A stretch of DNA of 64,000 nucleotides from a virus. Taxonomy: Duplodnaviria; Caudoviricetes. The position numbers and the translations under genes are program-made. The stretch covers positions 1 to 64,000 of IMG/VR virus record IMGVR_UViG_3300028048_000120. The stretch is one strand, 5' to 3'. Numbering within the stretch: position 1 is the first letter of the stretch; every line of letters begins with the position of its first letter. Positions 29,799 to 37,855 of the stretch are shown piece by piece. Below the pieces are notes generated by a model, which saw only the letters and a list, made by a program, of their open reading frames with translations, made no database searches and was not told the origin of the DNA.

Positions 29799-30262
29799 TT
29801 GCAATAATTGTAACTGTAATGTTGTGCGGTTGCAAGACCTACGTACCTGTTGAGAGAGTGCATAACACAACAGATACACTATATATAGAAAAGCACGACA
29901 CATTGCGTGTTGAGGCTAAGCATACCGAAATGAGCGACAAAGTTGCCGAACGGGAACATATACGCAGAGACAGTGTATATATGGTAGTTGATGAGGCTGG
30001 AAATGTAAAGAAGACATACGAATACCACTATCTTGGAGACAAGCAACTGGAAAGACAAATCCTTGCGCTTAGAGATAGCGTGAATTACTATAAGATGCTG
30101 AGTGAATATCTTGCGGAGAAGAATACAGATCACCAGCAAGACCGAGTGGTGGAAAAGTTATCTATATGGAGTATGTTTAAGCCATGGATGCTTATTCCAC
30201 TTTTAATTACATTTATAGCAGCAGTATACCTATTAATAAGGAATTTCATAATACATAAATAG
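29795..30262 (+). CDS. Spanin, probably unimolecular (likely start 29795)
   Basis: MIAIIVTVMLCGC lipobox and C-terminal TM helix, directly after the endolysin. Confidence 0.65.
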   Translation: MIAIIVTVMLCGCKTYVPVERVHNTTDTLYIEKHDTLRVEAKHTEMSDKVAEREHIRRDSVYMVVDEAGNVKKTYEYHYLGDKQLERQILALRDSVNYYKMLSEYLAEKNTDHQQDRVVEKLSIWSMFKPWMLIPLLITFIAAVYLLIRNFIIHK

Positions 30263-30271
30263 GTTTCTTTT

Positions 30272-30300
30272 CCGGCTGTCACCGTTATTGGGGCAGCCGG
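30272..30300. terminator. Bidirectional terminator
   Basis: ccggctg/cagccgg stem flanked by T-rich tracts between convergent genes. Confidence 0.7.
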
Positions 30301-30307
30301 TTTTCTT

Positions 30308-30667
30308 TTACTTTTTGGCCCTACTTGTCAAAATGTCTATAAGATTATCTACCTGTTGTTCCTTCTTTTTATAATTCTCTTGTAGCTCTTCTAGCTTATG
30401 CTGCAACACCTGAACAACGCTTTCATCACTGCACTCGTCAGCATCGATAAACATACTTCCTTCTCCACGCATGAGCCATTCGGCTGACAAATCAGGATAT
30501 GAGGATAAAAGAGCCTCTATAAATTCATAAGATGGATTTCTTATACCACGCATGTAGTTATTGACGGAGTTCTGAGGCAATCCAATTTTATGAGCAAGAG
30601 AAGTTTGTGAAATGTCTAATGCATGTAAAAACGCTGTAAGTCGCTGATGTACACTACTTTCCTTCAT
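30308..30667 (-). CDS. CI-like HTH (XRE) repressor
   Basis: ISQTSLAHKIGLPQNSVNNYMRGIRNPS...YPDLSAEWLMRGEGSM; C-terminal coiled coil, no S24 domain. Confidence 0.8.
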   Translation of the reverse strand: MKESSVHQRLTAFLHALDISQTSLAHKIGLPQNSVNNYMRGIRNPSYEFIEALLSSYPDLSAEWLMRGEGSMFIDADECSDESVVQVLQHKLEELQENYKKKEQQVDNLIDILTSRAKK

Positions 30668-30724
30668 TTTGTTATTAATATTGTGTCTAAATAATCACGT
30701 TTGTAGAAAATAATCCCAAAATTG

Positions 30725-30756
30725 TTTGGAAGTTACTCAAAATGTGATTATCTTTG
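30725..30756 (+). promoter_or_regulatory. Canonical Bacteroidetes promoter (TTTG-20 nt-TATCTTTG), rightward early operon
   Basis: -33 TTTG 30725-30728; -7 30749-30756. Confidence 0.75.
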
Positions 30757-30798
30757 CACTGTGATTGATTAATTAATATTGCCTAATGTTGTTGGGCA

Positions 30799-30806
30799 CA
30801 AAGATA
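30799..30806 (-). promoter_or_regulatory. -7 box TATCTTTG for repressor (leftward)
   Basis: caaagata on + strand; faces the rightward promoter. Confidence 0.65.
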
Positions 30807-30832
30807 ATAAAATTTTTTAAAACAAGCAGAAG

Positions 30833-31033
30833 ATGAACGCAAAAAATGTAAACAACAAATCTCTAACACAGACAATAAGAGATCTGGAGCTTGGACAGAA
30901 GATATTCTACCCATTAGAGAGATTCAACAGTGTTCGCAGCATCTGCTGCACAATAGCATATACTTTGCGAAAGAAGTATAAAACTTCTGTAGACAGGGAG
31001 AACGGAACAATCTCTGTAACAAGAATTAAATAG
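30833..31033 (+). CDS. Cro-like small DNA-binding protein
   Basis: 66 aa, first gene divergent from the repressor. Confidence 0.55.
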   Translation: MNAKNVNNKSLTQTIRDLELGQKIFYPLERFNSVRSICCTIAYTLRKKYKTSVDRENGTISVTRIK

Positions 31034-31039
31034 AATGCC

Positions 31040-31351
31040 ATGACACAGCCACAGCAATTATATGTCCTAACGGGCGAACAATTGAACACATTTGTTACGG
31101 AATTAGCCGATAAGGTTACTGAACAAGTTGTAAGAAAACTTCGCCCACAGTACATGACAAGAAAAGAAGTAGCAGCCAAGCTACATGTAGTTCAATCTAC
31201 AATTATCAACTGGGTGGATGCTGGTTTGATTCAAGAATACCGTATTGCCGGTAAGGTATTGTATGATCCGGTAGAGGTGGAATCGCAGATTCGCTCAGGC
31301 AAGGTAAAAACTAAGCCAAAGAAACTGGCTGGTAAAACATTTATAATTTGA
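31040..31351 (+). CDS. Excisionase-like HTH protein
   Basis: YMTRKEVAAKLHVVQSTIINWVDAGLI..YRIAGKVLY. Confidence 0.75.
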   Translation: MTQPQQLYVLTGEQLNTFVTELADKVTEQVVRKLRPQYMTRKEVAAKLHVVQSTIINWVDAGLIQEYRIAGKVLYDPVEVESQIRSGKVKTKPKKLAGKTFII

Positions 31352-31572
31352 AGAAGATGAAAAATATCAAGAACATATTGAAGGTAATGGCGCTAGGCGC
31401 TTTCCTTCTTGCGACATTAGGTATCATCGGTAACGATGAGCACTATGAACAAGTGGCTTACTCTATGGGGTATGAAAAATATCAAGAGATATCTAATCAA
31501 TTGAAATCTGAGAATGGCAAGATACCTACAAGAGAACAAGTAGTGGATAGGTATCTTAAGATGAATAGATAG
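31348..31572 (+). CDS. Small hypothetical protein with N-terminal hydrophobic segment
   Basis: 74-aa coupled ORF. Confidence 0.5.
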   Translation: MKKMKNIKNILKVMALGAFLLATLGIIGNDEHYEQVAYSMGYEKYQEISNQLKSENGKIPTREQVVDRYLKMNR

Positions 31573-31689
31573 TTAAACTTCTAAATATTACCAATTACAA
31601 GTTATATATGTTTATGGCAAGTTAGTATGTCTGTGAAGACAAAAATCTTAGAGAGTGATATTTTTGTATGATCCACTAAGGGCACAGCG

Positions 31690-31851
31690 GTGCCCAATTC
31701 GCCGAATGGGCACAAGGCGCCCTGATGCAAAGGTTGTCGTGAGACAAATTTTCTATTCGCTAATTTTTCATGATATGATTTTAATTTTGCTAACTGTTGG
31801 TTTAGGTGTTAATAATTTTGCATCAACTGGTTCGATCCCGAATTCGGCACT
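31690..31851 (+). ncRNA. tRNA-like structured element with enlarged anticodon arm (not a canonical tRNA)
   Basis: D-arm-like cgcc-gaatgggcacaa-ggcg, T-loop GGTTCGATCC, tgcccaa/ttcggca acceptor-like pairing, 9-bp tgatgcaaa/tttgcatca helix. Confidence 0.35.
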
Positions 31852-32047
31852 AAAATAAATTAATAAAATATAAGACTAAGACAATGAAGTTTGGAAATCA
31901 AGAAAAAGAGCTAGTGTTAACAATATCTAGTTTGTACGCATCACTCTATCAGATATGCGGTACAGATTCTACAACAGAGTTTGAATCTAAAGTTAGATCA
32001 ATTCATCTGCTAAGCCTTAAATTGAATAGACTAAGGAGGAATTCTAT

Positions 32048-32686
32048 ATGAAAGGTTGGATAATTATACCAAGAGACATTCTTGATGAGAAGGTCTTCAA
32101 GAAGTCGAACGTATTCAATGTATTCATCAATTTGCTCATGAGAGCATCATGGTCAGATCATGAATATAATGGCGTGCAACTTAAAGAAGGTCAAGTAGTT
32201 ACGACGCTAAATCAGATAGCAGAATGGTGCAATTTGAGTATGCAAAACGTGAGGACTGTGTTACTAACATTGAAACTAACAAACCTTTTAACCAAGGAGT
32301 CAACCCACCAAAACACAACTATAACTATCTGTAATTATGGAAGTTACAAACTTGGGGATTTGGAAACCGAACAACCTTCTAACAAACGAGCTAACAATGT
32401 TACTAACAAACATAAAAAAGAAAAGATTAATAAAGAAGAGATTATAAAAAAGAAAATAAATAAAAGAAAAAAAGACGAAGATTCGATAACGAAACTCATA
32501 GAGCGAGAACATAATCGAGTTCTGAACAAGAGTAAAAAAGTCGAATCTGAAGTCAACAGGATAGAAGATATGATTAAGTTCGTAGAAGCAAATCCTGACT
32601 CAACGGCAGCAGGAGCGTTGAGGAATCTGAAGGCTAGCGGTAGACTTAAGGAGCTAGGCATTAATTGGTCTGATCAAAAAAATTAA
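32048..32686 (+). CDS. Replication initiator (lambda O-like/replisome organiser)
   Basis: MKGWIII.R..L...F...F..LL.RA...GQVVTT...A.W N-terminal HTH pattern; internal iterons. Confidence 0.7.
   Translation: MKGWIIIPRDILDEKVFKKSNVFNVFINLLMRASWSDHEYNGVQLKEGQVVTTLNQIAEWCNLSMQNVRTVLLTLKLTNLLTKESTHQNTTITICNYGSYKLGDLETEQPSNKRANNVTNKHKKEKINKEEIIKKKINKRKKDEDSITKLIEREHNRVLNKSKKVESEVNRIEDMIKFVEANPDSTAAGALRNLKASGRLKELGINWSDQKN
32379..32480 (+). repeat. Putative origin: three CTAACAA(AC) iterons at 12-bp period plus A-rich tract
   Basis: Copies at 32379, 32391, 32403 (further copies at 32264, 32276), followed by an A-rich run. Confidence 0.5.
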
Positions 32687-32711
32687 GTTAAACCAGGTAA
32701 AACAACGAATC

Positions 32712-33329
32712 ATGATATACGAAAACTTAAATAAACGCTCTGTAAGCGACCAAAACGATAGTAGTCGAGTAACTATAGCCGAGCTGAGAGAAATCCTCTC
32801 AGACGGAAAGAAAAGCGGCTCAAACAGAAAAGTACAACACGAGAGAGACCTACAGATACAATGTGTATCATGGTTCAGGATGAAATATCCCGCCTTTTCA
32901 ATGTTGCTTTTCCATCCTGCTAATGAGACCTCGGAAGGAGTGAAGAAACTCCGGATGAGAGCAGCAGAGGGAGTTGTTGCAGGAGTATGTGATCTGATTC
33001 TCGCTATTCCATCGTCATGGCCTGTAGGAACAGACAGATACGACAAATACGGCAAGGAGATCATTGATATGCTTGAATACAGATCTCTTGGTATTGAAAT
33101 GAAATTCGGCAAGACCAACAATCAGTCGGCAAAGCAGAAGCTGTTTGAGCAGTATTACCAGGCAGCCGGAAACAGATACTGCGTATGTCGCAATTTTGAC
33201 GACTTCAAGAATGCTGTTGACGAGTGGATGACGCACGTACCTAACGGCATCAAGGCTGCGATAAAGTCAATATACAGCGCACCTGATGATTACAACAAAC
33301 AATTGCTCATGCGCATAGCTAAAAAATAG
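32712..33329 (+). CDS. VRR-NUC domain nuclease
   Basis: ERDLQIQCVSWF..LFHPANE..GVVAGVCDL..IEMK..QSAKQK. Confidence 0.85.
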   Translation: MIYENLNKRSVSDQNDSSRVTIAELREILSDGKKSGSNRKVQHERDLQIQCVSWFRMKYPAFSMLLFHPANETSEGVKKLRMRAAEGVVAGVCDLILAIPSSWPVGTDRYDKYGKEIIDMLEYRSLGIEMKFGKTNNQSAKQKLFEQYYQAAGNRYCVCRNFDDFKNAVDEWMTHVPNGIKAAIKSIYSAPDDYNKQLLMRIAKK

Positions 33330-33334
33330 ATACC

Positions 33335-33520
33335 ATGGATAAATTTGAAAAATTTTCTTTAAGCATCATCGCCAGCCTGACTTTGTCTGTGTTGGGCATC
33401 GGAATGGCGATAGACAATTGCGATTTACGCTTCAATATTGGGTTTATGATCGGCATGATAATAGGCATCCCCAGTTTTATTTGGTTCATCGTGACGTGGA
33501 ATTCTGGAAAGGAGGACTGA
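33335..33520 (+). CDS. Small two-TM membrane protein
   Basis: 61 aa with two hydrophobic segments. Confidence 0.5.
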   Translation: MDKFEKFSLSIIASLTLSVLGIGMAIDNCDLRFNIGFMIGMIIGIPSFIWFIVTWNSGKED

Positions 33521-33523
33521 GAT

Positions 33524-34066
33524 ATGGATGCAAATGAATTCAAAAAGACGGTGTACGACATGAGATGCTACGAGAGAGCATATTTTCGTGGCAGAAACGT
33601 GAAAGCACTGAATGCCGTGAATAGATTCAGGAAGTATCTGTCGGAAGAGATTGAGCGCATAAGGAAAGTTATTCCTGCGGATAAGGAAATCACGGATAAT
33701 CCCGATTATGATTTTTTCTGTGTTGTGGAAGAAATGTTGAGGCTCACAGGAAAGTATCTCTCAATGAAGAAACATGGCGGATATGACGGCATATCGATGA
33801 ATGCCGTCATAAAAGATCTATCGAAAAAAGAGAAGGCCGTTGACGGAATACTGGAGAGATGGAATAAGCAAAAGCAAAAGGAAACAGGCAAAGTGACGAA
33901 GTACAAGGTTGTGATGTCTGGAATACTTGGTACCGGATGTGTGTATGAGAGCTTCGACAGATCACTTGTAATCTCAGAATACTACTCACGTCAGCAATTT
34001 GCCGTAGATGGTACCCACTTCAATATGGCTAGCGAAGAGATCCCCCTTGAAGATCTCAAAAAATAG
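33524..34066 (+). CDS. Hypothetical protein
   Basis: 180-aa ORF in early operon. Confidence 0.5.
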   Translation: MDANEFKKTVYDMRCYERAYFRGRNVKALNAVNRFRKYLSEEIERIRKVIPADKEITDNPDYDFFCVVEEMLRLTGKYLSMKKHGGYDGISMNAVIKDLSKKEKAVDGILERWNKQKQKETGKVTKYKVVMSGILGTGCVYESFDRSLVISEYYSRQQFAVDGTHFNMASEEIPLEDLKK

Positions 34067-34223
34067 CAATTATTTTCTAACCCAGATGACGACCCACCGT
34101 GGCAACGTGCAGTGAGACTCTGCAGGATTTTCTATTATTGTGTGGCGGGAATCGTAAAAATAGTGTGAGAAAGAGGTTATCAACTTCCCGTCACGCTTTA
34201 ATGGAAAAACGTAAATAAAAATC

Positions 34224-34766
34224 ATGAAAAAATGGAAGATAGCAATACATAGAATGTTGTTCCCGAATCTGCATAAGAGAAGGGTTCTCTTCATGGATCT
34301 TGACGATACGCTGATAGTGACAATAAGTGGGAAAACATTTCCCGTAGATGAATATGACTGGGAATTTAAGCCTGGCATATTGGATTCCATAGTTAATTAC
34401 AGACCTACATGGATACACATTGTGACTAATCAAGGAGGTATCGCAGCTGGATATATAGACGAAGAAAAGTTTTTGCAAAAGATGGGCAATATTTTGTTTC
34501 AGCTTAAGAAAGACACTTGGACAGAAGATTCTTTTGAAATGTGTACCTCTCTTGACAGGACTGACAAATTCAGAAAGCCCAATCCTGGCATGGTCAACAG
34601 ATTTATTACGATACACAACCTGGCAAGTGATGAATGTCTTATGGTAGGAGATGCAAGCGGAAAGTTTGGAGACTTCTCGGATAGCGACAAGGAATGCGCC
34701 AGGAGAGCAGGAATAAAATATATGGACGTAGATGATTTTATAGAGAAATATGGGAAGAAAAATTAA
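34224..34766 (+). CDS. HAD subfamily IIIA phosphatase (polynucleotide 3'-phosphatase-like)
   Basis: DLDDTLI, VTNQGG, RKPNPGM, MVGDA..SDSD motifs. Confidence 0.85.
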   Translation: MKKWKIAIHRMLFPNLHKRRVLFMDLDDTLIVTISGKTFPVDEYDWEFKPGILDSIVNYRPTWIHIVTNQGGIAAGYIDEEKFLQKMGNILFQLKKDTWTEDSFEMCTSLDRTDKFRKPNPGMVNRFITIHNLASDECLMVGDASGKFGDFSDSDKECARRAGIKYMDVDDFIEKYGKKN

Positions 34767-35484
34767 GTTAACGGGAGAACAGGCAAAAGAGCTTATATCA
34801 GAAGCAGCAAAGAGTTATGACAAGATTCTTGCATCAATGTACTCGATAGTATGCGTAATAAATGATGTTGCTAACTGTCTGATGGTAGACACATATGCAG
34901 AGCTTAAGAAGAGTAAGTACTATAAGCAGAGTGTGAAGAAAAACGCAAATCTTGCCATGAATACATACAACATGTGGTGTAAAAAGAGAATCGAAGAACT
35001 CGATGATAGAGCGTGTCTATGGATGGATCTTGCCAATGCCGTAGCGGATGGTGTAAGCCCACATATCGATAGATGGAGATATGCGATGGAACTTTGTCTC
35101 CAACGTCACAAGGTAGAAGATGCTCACTTGAAGGCGATGATCATGGTAACCTCAAGCATGCTCGAATATGCGTCTGTCTTCTATGATAGATTTATTGATG
35201 GTATGAAAAATGGAGCATTCCAGGTAAAGTTCATTAAGAAGGAGTTCCGAGAATTCAAAATAGATAATGTCTATAAGGCATGGAAAAAGGTAAAAAATGC
35301 TATCTGCATACAACCTGAAGACGATGAAATAGACCTCAACAAGGACGAGATGGTATGCTTAGGATATGATGTTGTTGATCGATATCTAACAGATGCGGAT
35401 AACTTTAATATGGCAGCCGAAACGGCGATTAGTTATAACAAAGAAATTGCAGAAAAATATGAGAAGAGACATAAATATGAATAG
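34750..35484 (+). CDS. Hypothetical helical protein
   Basis: 244-aa coupled ORF. Confidence 0.5.
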   Translation: MGRKIKLTGEQAKELISEAAKSYDKILASMYSIVCVINDVANCLMVDTYAELKKSKYYKQSVKKNANLAMNTYNMWCKKRIEELDDRACLWMDLANAVADGVSPHIDRWRYAMELCLQRHKVEDAHLKAMIMVTSSMLEYASVFYDRFIDGMKNGAFQVKFIKKEFREFKIDNVYKAWKKVKNAICIQPEDDEIDLNKDEMVCLGYDVVDRYLTDADNFNMAAETAISYNKEIAEKYEKRHKYE

Positions 35485-35509
35485 AGATATTTGATGGAGT
35501 AGTAAAAAG

Positions 35510-35818
35510 ATGGATAGAATTACCAGAATGAAGATGGAAAAATATTTTATAGACACAGAGAGCAGTAGTATAGCTACAGATATGCAGAAGGAGTTCAGAG
35601 AGGCAGTGATGAAGAGATATAATCACATTGTGACAGATAACATCGATGCCGTATGGGATGGTGTAAAAAAGATATCTCATGAACTGAAAGAAAAATATAA
35701 TACTTTGTCGGTCATTCAGACTGACGATCACATATTTTGGATGAATTGTCATATGGACAGCTTTTCGATGAGACTTATAGCGAAACAAATTAAAAGAGCA
35801 GAAAATGAAGAAATATGA
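35510..35818 (+). CDS. Hypothetical protein
   Basis: 102-aa ORF. Confidence 0.45.
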   Translation: MDRITRMKMEKYFIDTESSSIATDMQKEFREAVMKRYNHIVTDNIDAVWDGVKKISHELKEKYNTLSVIQTDDHIFWMNCHMDSFSMRLIAKQIKRAENEEI

Positions 35819-36137
35819 ATTTGACAAGAACGGGGAATGTTTGAATCCTGATATTATATCATCCGAGCTACAGCAGGAAGATGGAAGTAGAGTTACATGG
35901 GAAATAGAAGTTGCTGAGGCTCCTAATGGATGGGTAGCAGGAATGAAGTGGAGGAATAAGGGAGAATTTGATGTTTGGAGATATCCATGCTCTCTGAAAA
36001 ATGATAAATATCCATCTCGCCGTAAGGCTGTGATAGTGGCAGCAAGGAAACTCCTTAAAATAAAATATCTCCCTGATCATGAATGGCTAAAGAAATTAAT
36101 ATTCAAAGAGAAACAATTGAATCTGTTCGATGACTGA
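35805..36137 (+). CDS. Hypothetical protein ending in QLNLFDD (sliding-clamp-binding-like motif)
   Basis: C-terminal QLNLF matches the QL(S/D)LF beta-clamp consensus. Confidence 0.5.
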   Translation: MKKYEFDKNGECLNPDIISSELQQEDGSRVTWEIEVAEAPNGWVAGMKWRNKGEFDVWRYPCSLKNDKYPSRRKAVIVAARKLLKIKYLPDHEWLKKLIFKEKQLNLFDD

Positions 36138-36264
36138 CCGGAAGAAGCACATAGAATGTAGATATTCCGTGAATTGTATTAACGGATTATATTGTAGGAG
36201 GCTTAGCAAATATATTGAATATGGTGATATAGATTGTGCTGAGGCTGATAAAGAGAAAAAGTAA
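36130..36264 (+). CDS. Small Cys-rich protein (below ORF track cutoff)
   Basis: MTDRKKHIECRYSVNCINGLYCRRLSKYIEYGDIDCAEADKEKK. Confidence 0.4.
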   Translation: MTDRKKHIECRYSVNCINGLYCRRLSKYIEYGDIDCAEADKEKK

Positions 36265-36427
36265 AATAATATTAAAGAGAATCGAATATGGAATATTTTA
36301 TTTTAGGTGCTTTGCTGCTCCTTGATTTGGTCAGCATAGTTCTATTAATTAAGAGTATGTTTAACGGTTTTAACTATTAAAAAAGAAAATTGCAGAACTA
36401 TATAAGGGAAGAAAGGAGGGAAAGGAA

Positions 36428-36832
36428 ATGAATAGAATCCTAGAAAAGATTAAAAAGAGGATAGACGAAATACAGAGTGATTGCCTTGATGATCACTACA
36501 ATTTCAAGAATTCTCATAATGAAGGTGTTTTTGAAGGATTATCAAAGTTGGAGTCCTATATTGAAAGTCTTGAGACAGATATTGATGTGAAAGAATGGAA
36601 AGATGCACAAGGTAAGGACCTACCAGATATTAATAGAGAAGTAATCGCCTTGGAACAAGATAAAAACGGCTATATGAAGGTAGTATTTGCTCATAGGCCA
36701 AATCCTGATGGATGGAATGGAAAGAATATTGATACAGGTAAGGTTACACGATATTATCCTAAGACTTATGGCAAGGGTGGTTGGAATATACCTAACCTCA
36801 AGTATTGGTTAGATTATCCTCTACCAGAGTAA
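36428..36832 (+). CDS. Hypothetical protein
   Basis: 134 aa; WKDAQGKDLP..REVIAL start of a Bacteroidales phage small domain. Confidence 0.5.
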   Translation: MNRILEKIKKRIDEIQSDCLDDHYNFKNSHNEGVFEGLSKLESYIESLETDIDVKEWKDAQGKDLPDINREVIALEQDKNGYMKVVFAHRPNPDGWNGKNIDTGKVTRYYPKTYGKGGWNIPNLKYWLDYPLPE

Positions 36833-36855
36833 CTAAGAACTGAATTGTTATAACT

Positions 36856-37149
36856 ATGAAGATATTACATTTAGTATTAAAGGCTCAATGGTATAATCTT
36901 ATTGAACAAGGAGAAAAGAAAGAGGAATATCGTGATATTACTCCTTACTATGACAAGAGATTACGTAATGCTGATGGGAGTTTTAAGCACTACGATGCTG
37001 TCTGTTTACATTACGGTTATTCCTCAAAGACCATGACATATAAGGTCGAAGATGTATTTATTGGCGAAGGCGTTTCTTCTTGGGGAGCAGATCCAAACAA
37101 GAAATACTACGTTATTCAGTTAGGAAAGAAATTAAGGAGGAATAAGTAA
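36856..37149 (+). CDS. ASCH domain protein
   Basis: LHLVLKAQWYNLIEQGEKKEEYR..GY motif. Confidence 0.75.
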   Translation: MKILHLVLKAQWYNLIEQGEKKEEYRDITPYYDKRLRNADGSFKHYDAVCLHYGYSSKTMTYKVEDVFIGEGVSSWGADPNKKYYVIQLGKKLRRNK

Positions 37150-37151
37150 CT

Positions 37152-37541
37152 ATGGATGAAATTAAATCATATAGTGACTTAAAACAGTCAAAGGTTCTTA
37201 GCAAGATATTATCAGATGAAAGTGCAGATATGTCTTGGGTTAGTAATGGTTTAGGCAAACCTTTTGCAAGAACAATACCAATTAAGGGAGACCCAGAAGA
37301 ACTATGTGGCTGCTGGAGTCTTTCAGCATTGCTTAGTGTTTTACCTCTTCATCTTATTGTCAATAATCAAAGGTATGCATTTAGTATGATAAAGGGTTTA
37401 GATAAAAATGGTGAAACCTATGCAATTAAATACGCTATATTTAATACAACCTTTTATTTTCACCTAACAGATGCTTATGATAACCCAGTTGATGCTTGCT
37501 ATGAAATTATATTAAAGTTAAACGAATTAAATTTGTTGTGA
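37152..37541 (+). CDS. Hypothetical protein
   Basis: YSDLKQSKVL..SADM..WSLSALL..NPVDACYE pattern of Bacteroidales phage ORFs. Confidence 0.55.
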   Translation: MDEIKSYSDLKQSKVLSKILSDESADMSWVSNGLGKPFARTIPIKGDPEELCGCWSLSALLSVLPLHLIVNNQRYAFSMIKGLDKNGETYAIKYAIFNTTFYFHLTDAYDNPVDACYEIILKLNELNLL

Positions 37542-37729
37542 TTATGAAATGGTTTATATTAATTATATGTACAATATGGATATTCTTAGGGTGTTATGCA
37601 AAACATGTCTATAAATCAAAATGTGTTCCACATAAGAGTGAATTTGACTTTTTACTTGGAAGTATTTTTGCATCAATAGCAGACGGAATTGCATGGTATT
37701 GGTTATTTAAAGTAATAAAAATGTTGTGA
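37538..37729 (+). CDS. Small membrane protein
   Basis: 63 aa, two hydrophobic segments. Confidence 0.45.
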   Translation: MIMKWFILIICTIWIFLGCYAKHVYKSKCVPHKSEFDFLLGSIFASIADGIAWYWLFKVIKML

Positions 37730-37855
37730 TTATGGAAGACCCAAATAAATATGTAGGCTCTGTCTTTGTATGGGAAGAGCAGAAAGTAAAAGAAATAATG
37801 CAAGATATTGTTAATTTTACAAAGCAAAGTGATAATAATATAAACTGGAATAAAT

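Noticed and set aside
31690-31851. Canonical tRNA-Cys or tmRNA
   Set aside because: No closed 7-nt anticodon loop, weak T-stem, no CCA, and no tag reading frame or G3:U70 pair
31655-31858. 67-aa ORF in the ORF track
   Set aside because: Overlaps the GC-rich hairpin cluster and gives an atypical peptide; a structured RNA explains the sequence better
36288-36380. Apparent frameshift at a T run in a tiny hydrophobic ORF
   Set aside because: On recount the frame is intact (MEYFILGALLLLDLVSIVLLIKSMFNGFNY); it is just a 30-aa peptide
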